Assembly: GCA_965220965.1 (NCBI GenBank)
Contig: OZ244852.1
Location: forward strand, 864,001-928,000
Source: Candidatus Marinacidobacterium sp.
GTDB lineage: Bacteria > Acidobacteriota > Vicinamibacteria > Marinacidobacterales > Marinacidobacteraceae
DNA length: 64,000 nucleotides
Reading direction: 5' to 3'
Under the pieces are notes generated by a model, which worked only from the letters and a program-made list of their open reading frames with translations, did no database searches and had not been told where the DNA came from. Below are positions 10,201 through 19,101 of this stretch, piece after piece (the stretch's first letter is position 1; every line of letters begins with the position of its first letter). The position numbers were made by a program, and so were the translations under genes.

Positions 10201-10781
10201 TGGAGGCCATGCGGAACCGGCTCGCCGAACGCAAGGAGCCGGGACGCGAGAGCCGGGAGGGGCAGGAGGGCTCGTCCGGGCAGCAGGGTGAGGCGCAATC
10301 CGGAGAGGGCCAATCTGGCGAGGGGCAGTTCGGGGAAGGACAGGCCGGCGAGGGGCAGCCCGGGGAAGCGGCCTCCCGGCAGGCCGATGGGCGCGGTGGA
10401 GGCGGCGGCCCCGGCGGATCCCGCAACGAAGTCCGCCAGCTCCGGAGCGAACTGGACCGCCGGGTCCGCGACGCCGAGGCGCTCCGGCGCGAGATGACCG
10501 GCATCGGCGCCTCCGGGGAGTTCGGCGCCGAGCGGCTGGATCAGGTCGCCGCCGCGCTCAGGGGACTGAACCCGGAGCGGCTCATCGGCGACCCCCGGGG
10601 CATGGAGATCCTCGAGGCCGAAGTCCTCGACACCCTGCGCGAGCTCGAGTTCGACCTGAGGCGGGCGCTCACCGGCGGCGAGGTCGCCGATGTCCTCACC
10701 GGGGACGCCGGCCGCGCCCCCGAGGCCTACCGCGAGATGGTCGAGGAGTACTTCCGCAACCTGAGCCGCAACCCGGGGTAG
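7236..10781 (+). CDS. Large DUF4175-like membrane-anchored coiled-coil protein
   Basis: N-terminal TMs, Ig-like middle (D.PP.V.F.RPGRD, AEDDFAL), long coiled coils, Gly/Gln linker and C-terminal PEAYREMVEEYFRNL. AAGGAG RBS upstream. Confidence 0.75.
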   Translation: METLGLDPTPRSPFEPTPGERYEELIRVIRRVRSRWRTRRLLLGGAALAVAGVVLVGGSSAILEAARYAPWAVRGLAALTWTLLAIAVWRFVARPLRSRVSDRRVALYVEEHDPTLREAVISGVELGKELDHKGGARPGFSPELTRLVVEEAIRRCEEMDAGRNIETGGLRRAAGALATAVGVAFVASILAPSDLWRGVSLLVAPWGDIDDRNPYRVLVEPGDAAIARGSDMWISATLEGFDTERVDLHLQAADGEGWEVLGMTPDPEAGGFRHLLLGVPEATDYFVDADGVRSPTFRIEVEDAPYVARIGVRYEYPAHTGLTPREVEEGGDLVAVGGTRVTLHVESTIPASSGVLRLDPGEEELPLVPVAPDEEAAPAGSRPAMTAELVLRESGAYRISLAGPDGALRTASRDYRIEVLEDLPPIVRFLRPGRDLTSSPVEEVFTEVAAEDDFALDRVEIRLSVNGGEESGFVLASGGARSEVQSGHTIFLEEHDLVPGDLVSYYALARDGAGAESSTDMYFVAVRPFDRTYRQADAMPGGGGGAGGGEGLDGTLTLRQRQIVVATFKVLRDRERMTDAAVSETVATLGLAQGRLREQVGTLNRRLQNRGIGLSPEFGEIVQHLDAGLIEMTAAEESLVGGDPEAALPREQKALTHLQRADAVFRDVQVAFNQGGGGGGGGGAPPQAEDLADLFELEMDKLRNQYETVEQSQRASSDNEVDEILERLAELARRQEQENERLRRGMQAPPGAGGGNGQDQLAAETEDMARRLERLARERSRPDLAAVSRRLREAASEMRAANSRNPGEGLESGMSAASSLRGARRDLDRGRRDRLARDVESAEEEAKRLRSAQDRIRSAVQDLEGERTRQAVDAISEQKEELVERVQDLERRLDEVSRDWSGDEPEAARAVGAAADGIRDRKLKEKIHYSRGVAAQRSTDYADQFEEMIGRDLEALEEDLASARRAVEGSDRAEQDSVLERAESLVRGLEAMRNRLAERKEPGRESREGQEGSSGQQGEAQSGEGQSGEGQFGEGQAGEGQPGEAASRQADGRGGGGGPGGSRNEVRQLRSELDRRVRDAEALRREMTGIGASGEFGAERLDQVAAALRGLNPERLIGDPRGMEILEAEVLDTLRELEFDLRRALTGGEVADVLTGDAGRAPEAYREMVEEYFRNLSRNPG
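10285..10368 (+). repeat. Degenerate 15-nt tandem repeat encoding (GEGQx)n within the DUF4175-like protein
   Basis: Translates GEAQS-GEGQS-GEGQF-GEGQA-GEGQP-GE. Confidence 0.6.
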
Positions 10782-11060
10782 CCGGCCTGCCCGCGGTTAC
10801 AGTGCGAGTGCGGAACAAGACGGCGACATCGAGCGGCGAGGCGGCGGGAGTCCCACAGAGCCTCCCTTGGTGACGGGTTGGAGGGCGGAGCGCGACGCCA
10901 TCCAGTCGAACCAGGCTCAGCTTGCGGTGACTCGGCTCCGTTGTGAGCGACCATCGGACCTCCAGACACTGCGACGGCGTTCCTTTTGTGGTCGTGGGAT
11001 GCGGGCCGCCTTGGGACACGATCTTGACCTCGATGAGTCAGACGAAATGAACTCTCAGCC

Positions 11061-12752
11061 GTGATTCGCGGAGTGTGGAGCGACTTCGGTCGGTGGAAGG
11101 ATGGTTGGGATGAAATCCAGACAGTGGGCGGCGGTGGACAGGGGAACGGTTACCGTGCGCGTCGCCAGTCAGATGGCCGGGAGGCCTTCGTCAAGGTGAT
11201 CAAGTCCAAGCGCGACGCCGAGCGTCGGAGACGCTTCTTTCGCGAGGCGACAGCCTATGACACGGTTCGCAGCAGTGGCGTTCCGCGACTGATCGAGAGC
11301 AACGCCCATCTCCACGAAGCCGCAGAGATCGAGCCGTATATCGCGACAGAGTTCATCGAGGGGCCAACGTTGAGAATCTGGCGGGACGGACGGCATGAGG
11401 TTGAACTCGCCACCGCCCTAAGATTGGTCCGGTCTCTCCTCGCGGCGATCGGCGACTGTCACCACGGCGGTGTCGTTCACCGCGACATCAAGCCAGACAA
11501 CATCATCCTGAGAGGTGGGAATCCGTCCCAGCCTGTGCTTCTGGATTTTGGCCTGAGCTTCAAGGTGACGCAGACCAGTGAGGCCGTGACCGAAGACGGG
11601 CAGGAAATCGGCAATCGTTTTCTGCGCTTGCATGAGCTCTCCGCCGGTAGTCAACTTAAGCAGGATCCCCGGTCGGACTTGTCGTTTGCTGGTGGAATCC
11701 TGTTCTACTCCCTGACGGGCAGGAATCCCGACATCCCAGAGGATGCGGAGGGTCGTCTCCCTCACCAACGGAGGGATGTGCGTTCGCAGCTTCGACACAT
11801 CGCCGGTGAGCGGTTGGAGCGGTTGCTGTCCATATTCGACAGCGCCTTCGCACCAAGAATCCACGACCGGTTCGTGAACGTCGAGGCAATGGTTGCAAGT
11901 CTGGAGAACCTCACGGAATCGCGGCGTGTTGTGGTGGGCACGTTGGATCATGATCGAGACGCCATCCGTGAGGCGTTGAACACTGCGTCGGCACAGCGGT
12001 CATCAGAGAGTCTTGACAGACTCACGCACGCTCTCGAAGAGCTGCATCGAGTTGACGATGAAGCAGCGACGTGGTTGGACTGTCCTCTAACTCTGACACG
12101 AGGCGGACGGCACGTAGATGCCGACTTGGGAAGAAACACTGTGTCCTGGCGTAAGCGAGGAATGACCGACGATGTGTTACGAGTACAGCAGGAGGTCCGG
12201 GAGGTAGGCGGTGAACTCGTCATCAAGCTGTCGGGCGAAGCGGTCTGGCGGACGGCGGTGAACGCACCGACGTATGGAGAGTGCTTTGCCGAGAGAATTC
12301 GGAGATGGCTGGTCGGGAGACTCCGCGAGGCTATCGCGAATCCGGAGGCGCTGCCGCCCGAGGCCAGCTATTTCCAGGAAGAGCCGCCGCTCGGGTCGCT
12401 AACGGAAGCGCAGGAGCGAGCGCGCCGAGAGGACCGCCACGTTCTGGCGTTCGTGTATGACCCGGCGCAGAAGGAGCGCGGCGAACGCGGCAAATTGGAG
12501 TGGTGTCTGAGCAACTTCCTTGAGAACCGCAGGACGCGCGAAACGCTCCGCGCAGCGTTTGTTCTAGCGCTCGTGCCACTGTCTCAAGTAAGTGCGGTCA
12601 CAGACGAGCTCAGTGGCGAGTCGATGGAGACTTCACGCTGGGTCGTCTTTGATGCGGACCTCGCACCCAAGCGGCACGAAGTCATCTATGCGAACCCGCA
12701 GATGGCGGAGAGTCTCGCCGGTGAGCTGTCCGACGAGTTCGGTCGCCGATAG
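11061..12752 (+). CDS. Cytoplasmic Hanks-type Ser/Thr protein kinase with C-terminal putative thioredoxin-like domain
   Basis: GGGGQG loop, FVK, RFFRE, HRDIKPDNI, LLDFG, GNRFLRLHE, DPRSDL. No TM. More A/T-ending codons than neighbours. Confidence 0.85.
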   Translation: MIRGVWSDFGRWKDGWDEIQTVGGGGQGNGYRARRQSDGREAFVKVIKSKRDAERRRRFFREATAYDTVRSSGVPRLIESNAHLHEAAEIEPYIATEFIEGPTLRIWRDGRHEVELATALRLVRSLLAAIGDCHHGGVVHRDIKPDNIILRGGNPSQPVLLDFGLSFKVTQTSEAVTEDGQEIGNRFLRLHELSAGSQLKQDPRSDLSFAGGILFYSLTGRNPDIPEDAEGRLPHQRRDVRSQLRHIAGERLERLLSIFDSAFAPRIHDRFVNVEAMVASLENLTESRRVVVGTLDHDRDAIREALNTASAQRSSESLDRLTHALEELHRVDDEAATWLDCPLTLTRGGRHVDADLGRNTVSWRKRGMTDDVLRVQQEVREVGGELVIKLSGEAVWRTAVNAPTYGECFAERIRRWLVGRLREAIANPEALPPEASYFQEEPPLGSLTEAQERARREDRHVLAFVYDPAQKERGERGKLEWCLSNFLENRRTRETLRAAFVLALVPLSQVSAVTDELSGESMETSRWVVFDADLAPKRHEVIYANPQMAESLAGELSDEFGRR

Positions 12753-12969
12753 GTCGGTACCAACGGGCCTGGTCCGGCGTCTGCTCGCGATGCCGTCCGC
12801 TGCTGTTGGGGTACAGGCCTCGCTCGAACGATCCCCGACGCCGGGCGGCCCGTGCGATGCGGGGGCTCCATCTCCGTCCGACGCGCAGGCGCAAAGCGCC
12901 GCGGATGAGGCACCCGGTCACGGGATGTCCCAGACTCGCCTCGGCGGGCTGGCGGCGTCCCGGCCCCCG

Positions 12970-13461
12970 TCAGGACGACGTGTGGTCGTGGGCGATCCGG
13001 AGGCCCTCGGGGGTCTTCTCGAAGAGGAGCGTGAAGAGGCCGGTCGGGGCGTCGGCCTCGCGCTCCAGGTTGTAGCGCCCGAACACGAACACGAACTCCG
13101 GCGACAGCACCCGGATGTCGAGGTCGGAGAAGTGGAGCTGGCCCATGGCGGCCCGGTCGGGGTAGTTGGTCTGGTAGCGCTCGAGCAGATCCGCGGTTCC
13201 CATCCGCACCGTGTTGCCCGAGACGAACCGCATCCGGGGTGAGTCGAGGTAGTCGCTGACGAAGGTCGGCAGGTCCCCCTCGTTCCAGGCCCGGGTCTGG
13301 CGTTCGAGCACCTCGCGGACTTCGGCGGCGAGGGCGTCGCGCTCCTCGGTCGTGAGCGCGACCCGGGTCGGGGCGGCGGAGGTGGTCTCCGGCGGGGCCG
13401 CGCCCGGCCCGGCGCAGGCCAGCGAGAGCAGCAGGAGCGAGGCGGGAAGAACGTGTCGCAT
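12970..13461 (-). CDS. NTF2-like (DUF4440/YybH family) lipoprotein
   Basis: Lipobox-like LSLAC; Q..AWNEGDL..F...Y; GLFTLLFEK...GLRIAHDHTS. Confidence 0.85.
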   Translation of the reverse strand: MRHVLPASLLLLSLACAGPGAAPPETTSAAPTRVALTTEERDALAAEVREVLERQTRAWNEGDLPTFVSDYLDSPRMRFVSGNTVRMGTADLLERYQTNYPDRAAMGQLHFSDLDIRVLSPEFVFVFGRYNLEREADAPTGLFTLLFEKTPEGLRIAHDHTSS

Positions 13462-13467
13462 CTGGAG

Positions 13468-13473
13468 AGACTA
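13468..13473 (-). promoter_or_regulatory. -10 box TAGTCT, leaderless start
   Basis: 6 nt upstream of ATG 13461; no SD. Confidence 0.55.
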
Positions 13474-13521
13474 CAGAACCCCCGCGCTACGATTCGTTCC
13501 CGGTTCGGGGAGGAGTTTGCG

Positions 13522-14619
13522 ATGGCGCTTTATGGAAATTCGGGAGGCAACGGGCCGTGGGATCGGTCCGGCGGCTCCCGCCCGGAGGTCCCGGGGCTCC
13601 AGGATCTGGAGGCCCTGATCTCCCGGTTCGGCGGGATGCGCCGGGCGATCGGATGGGGGGCCGGCGGACTCGCCGCGCTCATCCTGTTCTTCGCCTCGGT
13701 CTACCAGATCCAGCCCGACGAGGCCGGGGTCGTCACCCGGTTCGGCCGCTACGTCCGGGTGAGCGATCCGGGGCTCCACTTCATCGTCCCCTTCGTGGAG
13801 AACGTCACGAAGGTCCCGGTGGAGCGGCAGCTCAAGGAGGAGTTCGGCTTCCGCACCGCGGAGGCGGGCGTCCGCACGGTCTACGACCAGCGGAACTTCC
13901 TCGAGGAGTCGCTCATGCTGACCGGCGACCTGAACGTCGCCGTCGTCGAGTGGATCGTCCAGTTCAAGGTGCAGGACCCCCGGGCCTACCTCTTCAACGT
14001 CCGGGACATCCAGTCCACCTTCCGCGACATGAGCGAGGCGGCGATGCGGGACGTCGTCGGCGACCACAGCGTGGATGAGGTCCTCACCGTCGGACGCGAG
14101 CGGATCGCGGCCCAGGCGAAGGACCTGCTCCAGGACATGAACGACCGCTACGAGACCGGGATCAGCGTCCAGCAGCTCGTGCTTCAGGACGTGAACCCGC
14201 CCGACCTCGTGAAGCCTTCCTTCAACGAAGTGAACGAGGCGATCCAGGAGAAGGAGCGGCTCACCAACGAGGCCCTCGCCGAATACAACCAGGCGATCCC
14301 GAGAGCCCGGGGTGACGCCCAGCGCGTCATCCAGGAGGCCGAGGGATACGCCGCCGAGCGGGTGAACCGCGCCCAGGGCGAGGCCACCCGGTTCGAGGCG
14401 ATCTACGCCGAGTACCGGAACGCGCCGAGGGTGACCCGGTCGCGGATGTACCTCGAGACGCTCTCCGAGGTCATGCCGAAGCTTGGCCAGAAGGTCATCC
14501 TCGACGAGAGCGGCGCGAACGTGCTCCCGCTCCTGAACCTGACGAACGGACAGTCGCCGGCCCGGCCCAGCGGCTCGTCCGGCGGACCGGGGAACGACCC
14601 CGGGGAGGACCGGCGATGA
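13522..14619 (+). CDS. hflK: FtsH modulator HflK
   Basis: AGGAG RBS at 13511 then ATG 13522; SPFH domain, GVVTRFG, MLTGDLN, AEGYAAERVNRAQGEA, VTRSRMYLETL. Confidence 0.93.
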   Translation: MALYGNSGGNGPWDRSGGSRPEVPGLQDLEALISRFGGMRRAIGWGAGGLAALILFFASVYQIQPDEAGVVTRFGRYVRVSDPGLHFIVPFVENVTKVPVERQLKEEFGFRTAEAGVRTVYDQRNFLEESLMLTGDLNVAVVEWIVQFKVQDPRAYLFNVRDIQSTFRDMSEAAMRDVVGDHSVDEVLTVGRERIAAQAKDLLQDMNDRYETGISVQQLVLQDVNPPDLVKPSFNEVNEAIQEKERLTNEALAEYNQAIPRARGDAQRVIQEAEGYAAERVNRAQGEATRFEAIYAEYRNAPRVTRSRMYLETLSEVMPKLGQKVILDESGANVLPLLNLTNGQSPARPSGSSGGPGNDPGEDRR

Positions 14620-15554
14620 AGACGCGCGGCATCACCCTCGCGGGATCGGTCCTCGGACTGGTCCTCCTCTTCGCATCCACCTACACGATCCGGGAGACCG
14701 AGCAGGCGATCATCACCCAGTTCGGCGAGCCGGTCGGCGGAGCGGTGACCGACCCCGGTCTCCACTTCAAGCTCCCCTTCATCCACACGGTGACCCGCTT
14801 CGACCAGCGCTGGCTGCCGTGGGACGGGGACGCGAACCAGATCACCACCCGCGACAAGAAGTTCATCTGGGTGGACACCTACGCCCGCTGGCGGATCTCG
14901 GACCCGCTGCTCTTCTTCCAGTCGGTGCGCGACGAACGCGGCGCGCAGAGCCGTCTCGACGACATCATCGACGGGGAGACCCGGAACGCGGTCGCGACCT
15001 ACGACCTGATCGAGATCGTCCGGATCACGAACCGGGACTTCGAGATCACCGAGGACCTGGTCTCGTTCGCGAGCGAGGGCGAGGAGCCGGTGGGCGAGAT
15101 TGAGTTCGGCAGGAACGCCATCACCCGCAGCATCCTCGAGAAGGCGTCCGAGGTGACGCCCAGCTTCGGGATCGAGCTGGTGGATGTGCGGATCAAGCGC
15201 GTGAACTACGTCGAGGAGGTCCGCGCCAAGGTCTACGAGCGGATGATCTCCGAGCGCCAGCGGATCGCCGAGCGGAGCCGTTCCGAAGGGCAGGGAAGGG
15301 CCGCCGAGATCCGGGGCCAGCGCGAGCGCGAGCTCAAGTCGATCGAGTCGGAGGCGTTCCGGCAGGCCGAGGAGGTCCGCGGCCGCGCCGACGCCGAGGC
15401 CTCCGCGATCTACGCCAGCGCCTACCAGCGGGACGCCGACTTCTACCGCTTCATGAAGTCGCTCGAGACCTACCGGTCGGCGCTCGATGAGGGCGTGACG
15501 CTCGTCATCGGCAGCGACAGCGAGTTCCTCGACTTCCTCCGGCGTTCCCGCTAA
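14616..15554 (+). CDS. hflC: FtsH modulator HflC
   Basis: EQAIITQFGEP, PGLHFKLPFI, DVRIKR, VYERMISER, FYRFMKSLETY. ATGA overlap with hflK. Confidence 0.93.
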   Translation: MKTRGITLAGSVLGLVLLFASTYTIRETEQAIITQFGEPVGGAVTDPGLHFKLPFIHTVTRFDQRWLPWDGDANQITTRDKKFIWVDTYARWRISDPLLFFQSVRDERGAQSRLDDIIDGETRNAVATYDLIEIVRITNRDFEITEDLVSFASEGEEPVGEIEFGRNAITRSILEKASEVTPSFGIELVDVRIKRVNYVEEVRAKVYERMISERQRIAERSRSEGQGRAAEIRGQRERELKSIESEAFRQAEEVRGRADAEASAIYASAYQRDADFYRFMKSLETYRSALDEGVTLVIGSDSEFLDFLRRSR

Positions 15555-15567
15555 GCGGGCCGGGGCG

Positions 15568-16407
15568 GTGAGCCGGGACGATCGGATCGTCCTGCTCACC
15601 GCTCCGGACGACCCGGAGTTCGAAGCCTGGGCCGAGGGGCTGCTCGGCCCCGCCGACCGCGCCCGCGCCGCAAGGCGGCGGCATCCGGTGGGGCGTCGCC
15701 GGACGGTGATCTCGAGGGGTCTTCTGCGCGTGCTGGCGGGGGAGCTTCTGGGGGTCGAACCTTCCGACGTCTGGACCGGGACGAGCCCGGGCGGGGCGCC
15801 CCAGGCGGGGGAGGCGGAGCCCGAAGGAGGGAGGCCCCCACGGCGCCTCGGCATCAGCATCGCCCACACCGTCTCCACCGTTGTGGTGGCGGCGAGCTTC
15901 TCGGAGCGCCGCCTGGGAGTGGATGTCGAGCTCCTCGACCGGCGCACCCGCCCCGAGGCGCTCGCCCGCCGCTACTACGCCCCGGGAGAGGCGGAAGAGC
16001 TCGAAGCGCTTCCCGCGCCGCGTCGTCCGGCGGCGTTCCTCCGCGCCTGGACGCTCAAGGAGGCGTGGGGGAAGGCGGCCGGCGTCGGGGTCCCGCGCGC
16101 CCTACCGCTCGTGGGGTTCTCGATGGGCGAGCTCGCCGGTTCGCGGGCGCTCACCGCGCGGAGGCTCCACTTCGTCGACCCGGCGGCGGCTTCGCGCGCG
16201 GGCGACGGGTGGCGGTTCTGGACGGTCGCGGCGGGGACCGCCTCCTTCGGCGTGGTGGCCGGTGAGATCTCCCGGGAGCCCACCGATGGGGAGCGGCCGT
16301 TGCCCCTTTTCGCCGGTTCCGCCATGATTGAACGGTTCGACAGCGGCTGGCCGGACCCCTCCGGCGCGCCGGTCGAAGTCTTCCGGATGGTTTCGCCTCC
16401 CCCCTGA
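15568..16407 (+). CDS. Sfp-type 4'-phosphopantetheinyl transferase
   Basis: ISRGLLR..A, ISIAHT, LGVDVE, WTLKEAWGKAAGVG. Confidence 0.82.
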   Translation: MSRDDRIVLLTAPDDPEFEAWAEGLLGPADRARAARRRHPVGRRRTVISRGLLRVLAGELLGVEPSDVWTGTSPGGAPQAGEAEPEGGRPPRRLGISIAHTVSTVVVAASFSERRLGVDVELLDRRTRPEALARRYYAPGEAEELEALPAPRRPAAFLRAWTLKEAWGKAAGVGVPRALPLVGFSMGELAGSRALTARRLHFVDPAAASRAGDGWRFWTVAAGTASFGVVAGEISREPTDGERPLPLFAGSAMIERFDSGWPDPSGAPVEVFRMVSPPP

Positions 16408-16436
16408 ACTCCCGCTACCGGGAAAGGACCCACTTC

Positions 16437-19028
16437 ATGTCGCAGCTTCGCCGTTTCCGGTTCCGGGTCGCGCTCCTCGCCGTCGCTTCTCTGCTGGTCG
16501 CCGGGTTGGCCGGCGCGCAGGACGCGCCGCCGGCCATCCCGTCGATCGCGGACAAGACCTCCGGCATGACAGCGATCGACGGCTTCGTCCCGCTCCACTG
16601 GGACGAACGCACCGGGAAGATCTACGCCGAGCTGGGTCCGATGGAGGAGGAGTTCCTCTACCAGGTCTCGGCCGGTTCGGGCCTCGGCAGCAACCCGGTC
16701 GGTCTGGACCGCGGCCAGTTGAGCATGACGGCGGTGCTCCGTCCGATGCGGATCGGGCCGCGGGTGCTCCTCATGGAGCCCAACTACCGGTTCCGCGCGA
16801 TCAGCGACAACCCCGACGAGGTCCGCGCCGTCCGCGATGCGTTCGCGCCCTCGGTGCACTGGGGATTCCAGGTGGAGGCCGAGACCGGAGACCGGGTCCT
16901 GGTGGACATGACCGACTTCTTCCTGCGCGACACCCACGGCGCCATCGCCCGGCTGGCCCGCGCCCGGCAGGGGACCTACCGGCTCGACCGCGACCGCAGC
17001 GCCTTCTACCTGGAGAACACCAAGGGCTTCCCCGACAACACCGAGGTCGAGACCCTGCTCACGTTCACTTCGGACAATCCGGGACCGCTCGTCCAGGCGA
17101 CGGCCGCCAGCGGGGAAGCGGTGACGCTGCGCCAGCACCACTCGCTCGTCCGCCTTCCCGGCCCCGGCTTCGAAATGCGCATCGCCGACCCGAGGATCGG
17201 CGTGAACGGCCCGCAGTACATGGACTACGCGACCGCGATCGACGAGCCGATGACCGTCCGGCTCACCGCCCGGCACCGCCTCGAGAAGCGCGATCCCTCG
17301 GCGGAGCGTTCCGAGGTGGTCGAGCCGATCGTCTACTACCTCGACCGGGGCGCTCCCGAGCCGATCCGGAGCGCGCTCCTCGAGGGGGCCCGCTGGTGGA
17401 ACGAGGCGTTCGAGGCGGCCGGCTTCATCGACGGCTACCGGGTCGAGGTCCTTCCGGAAGGCGCCGACGCCCAGGACGTCCGCTACAACATGATCCACTG
17501 GACGCACCGGCGAACTCGCGGCTGGTCCTATGGCGGTTCGGTCCAGGACCCGCGCACCGGGGAGATCATCAAGGGGAACGTGAACCTCGGGAGCCTGCGG
17601 CTGCGGCAGGACCACCTCCTCGGGGTCGGCATGGTCGCGCCGTATGTCGGGGGCTCGGGCGCCGCGCCGGCCGGCCACGACCACGGGATGCACGGCCTTC
17701 CGCCGGACCCCGGCGGCCCGCACTCCTGCGGCCTCTCCGCGACGCCGGGATTCGGGTATCTGGCGCAGATCAGCCCGGACGCCGACCCGGTGGAGCTGGC
17801 GCTGGCCCGCGTGCGGCAGCTCTCCGCCCATGAGGTGGGCCACACGCTGGGATTCCCGCACAACTACATGTCGTCCACCTACGACGGCCGCGCCAGTGTC
17901 ATGGACTATCCGGCGCCGCTGGCGACGCTGGAAGACGACGGGACGGTCTCGCTGAGCGACGCCTACGGCGTCGGCGTGGGCTCCTACGACATCCTCTCGG
18001 TCCGCTGGGCCTACGCCCACGTCCCGCCCGCCGAGACTGCGGCCACGCTCGACCGGATCATGCAGGAAGGGCTCATGGCGGAGACCCGGTTCATGGCCCA
18101 CACCGACAACTACATCGGGGCGGGCGCGCACCCGCTGGCCTCCGTCTGGGACAACGGCGGCGATCTGGTCCGCCACCTCGGCCGCGAGATCGACATCCGG
18201 CAGGCGGGTCTGGACGCCTTCGGCGAGCGCGTGATCCGGGTGGGCGAACCGATGTCACGGCTCGAGCCGGTTCTGATGCCGCTCTATCTCCACCACCGCT
18301 TCCAGATGAAGGCGGCGATGAACACCATCGGCGGGCAGGAGTACTACTACGCGGTCCGGGGCGACGGGCAACGCCCGGTGAACGCCGTCCCCGGCGACCG
18401 CCAGCGCGAAGCCCTTGACACCGTCCTGAGGACGCTCGACACGAGCTTCCTGGCCCTTCCGAGGCGCATCGTCGAGATGATCCCCCCGCCTGCCTACCGG
18501 GAGCGGGGAACGGAGACCTTCGACGGGCACACCGGCGTCGTCTTCGACCCGCTGGCGGCGGCGGACACTTCCGCCGACTACACCGTCGAGCTGCTGCTCC
18601 ACCCCGAGCGGATGGCGCGGCTGGTGAACAACCACGCGCTCGACCCGGACCAGCCCGGACTGAGCGAGGTCCTCGACCGGCTCACAGAGGCCACCTGGGG
18701 AGAGGACGAGCCGGATGACACCTACCACCGCGCCGTCCAGGACGCCGCCGAGCGCAGCGTGCTGAACGGGATGATGCGGGAAGCGCTGAACCCGGACAAC
18801 CCGGCGCGCGTTCGCGCCGTCATCGAGGACCGGCTCGTCGCCCTCGGAGAGAGCCTGGGCGAGATGGACGACCGCAGCCCGCACGAGGAGCTGGCGTGGA
18901 TGGACATCGACCGCTTCCTCGACCGGGACGACAGTCTCGACCCCAACGCCCGCCGTCCGGCCCTCCCGCCGGGCTCCCCCATCGGCGGCGCCTCGGCGTC
19001 AGGGGAGCGCATCCACCCGGGCCACTGA
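16437..19028 (+). CDS. Secreted zinc-dependent metalloprotease (DUF5117/DUF4953, EcxA-like)
   Basis: Signal peptide; EPIVYYLD, WNEAFEAAGF, DPRTGEIIKG, HEVGHTLGFPHN, Met-turn SVMDYP. Confidence 0.88.
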   Translation: MSQLRRFRFRVALLAVASLLVAGLAGAQDAPPAIPSIADKTSGMTAIDGFVPLHWDERTGKIYAELGPMEEEFLYQVSAGSGLGSNPVGLDRGQLSMTAVLRPMRIGPRVLLMEPNYRFRAISDNPDEVRAVRDAFAPSVHWGFQVEAETGDRVLVDMTDFFLRDTHGAIARLARARQGTYRLDRDRSAFYLENTKGFPDNTEVETLLTFTSDNPGPLVQATAASGEAVTLRQHHSLVRLPGPGFEMRIADPRIGVNGPQYMDYATAIDEPMTVRLTARHRLEKRDPSAERSEVVEPIVYYLDRGAPEPIRSALLEGARWWNEAFEAAGFIDGYRVEVLPEGADAQDVRYNMIHWTHRRTRGWSYGGSVQDPRTGEIIKGNVNLGSLRLRQDHLLGVGMVAPYVGGSGAAPAGHDHGMHGLPPDPGGPHSCGLSATPGFGYLAQISPDADPVELALARVRQLSAHEVGHTLGFPHNYMSSTYDGRASVMDYPAPLATLEDDGTVSLSDAYGVGVGSYDILSVRWAYAHVPPAETAATLDRIMQEGLMAETRFMAHTDNYIGAGAHPLASVWDNGGDLVRHLGREIDIRQAGLDAFGERVIRVGEPMSRLEPVLMPLYLHHRFQMKAAMNTIGGQEYYYAVRGDGQRPVNAVPGDRQREALDTVLRTLDTSFLALPRRIVEMIPPPAYRERGTETFDGHTGVVFDPLAAADTSADYTVELLLHPERMARLVNNHALDPDQPGLSEVLDRLTEATWGEDEPDDTYHRAVQDAAERSVLNGMMREALNPDNPARVRAVIEDRLVALGESLGEMDDRSPHEELAWMDIDRFLDRDDSLDPNARRPALPPGSPIGGASASGERIHPGH

Positions 19029-19038
19029 GCGGCTCACG

Positions 19039-19070
19039 GGACCTCCCGGAGCCAAGACTCCGGGAGTTCC
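19039..19070. terminator. GC hairpin between convergent genes, possible bidirectional terminator
   Basis: CTCCCGGAG (19043-51), loop CCAAGA, CTCCGGGAG (19058-66) is a perfect 9-bp inverted repeat, extendable by GGA/TCC. No long U tract. Confidence 0.45.
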
Positions 19071-19101
19071 GCTCCGCGGTCAGAGGTTCAGGTCCGCCCA
19101 C

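Noticed and set aside
5085-10313. 1742-aa antisense ORF, and similar long antisense ORFs (2100-4277, 15975-18176, 37703-39814, 43774-45741)
   Set aside because: Shadow frames of GC-rich coding genes: Arg/Gly/Pro-rich, no motifs, fully overlapping well-supported genes.
10782-11060. Possible ncRNA or IS end upstream of the kinase; 65-aa ORF 10867-11064
   Set aside because: Only weak hairpins; no recognisable RNA family, terminal inverted repeat or protein motif.
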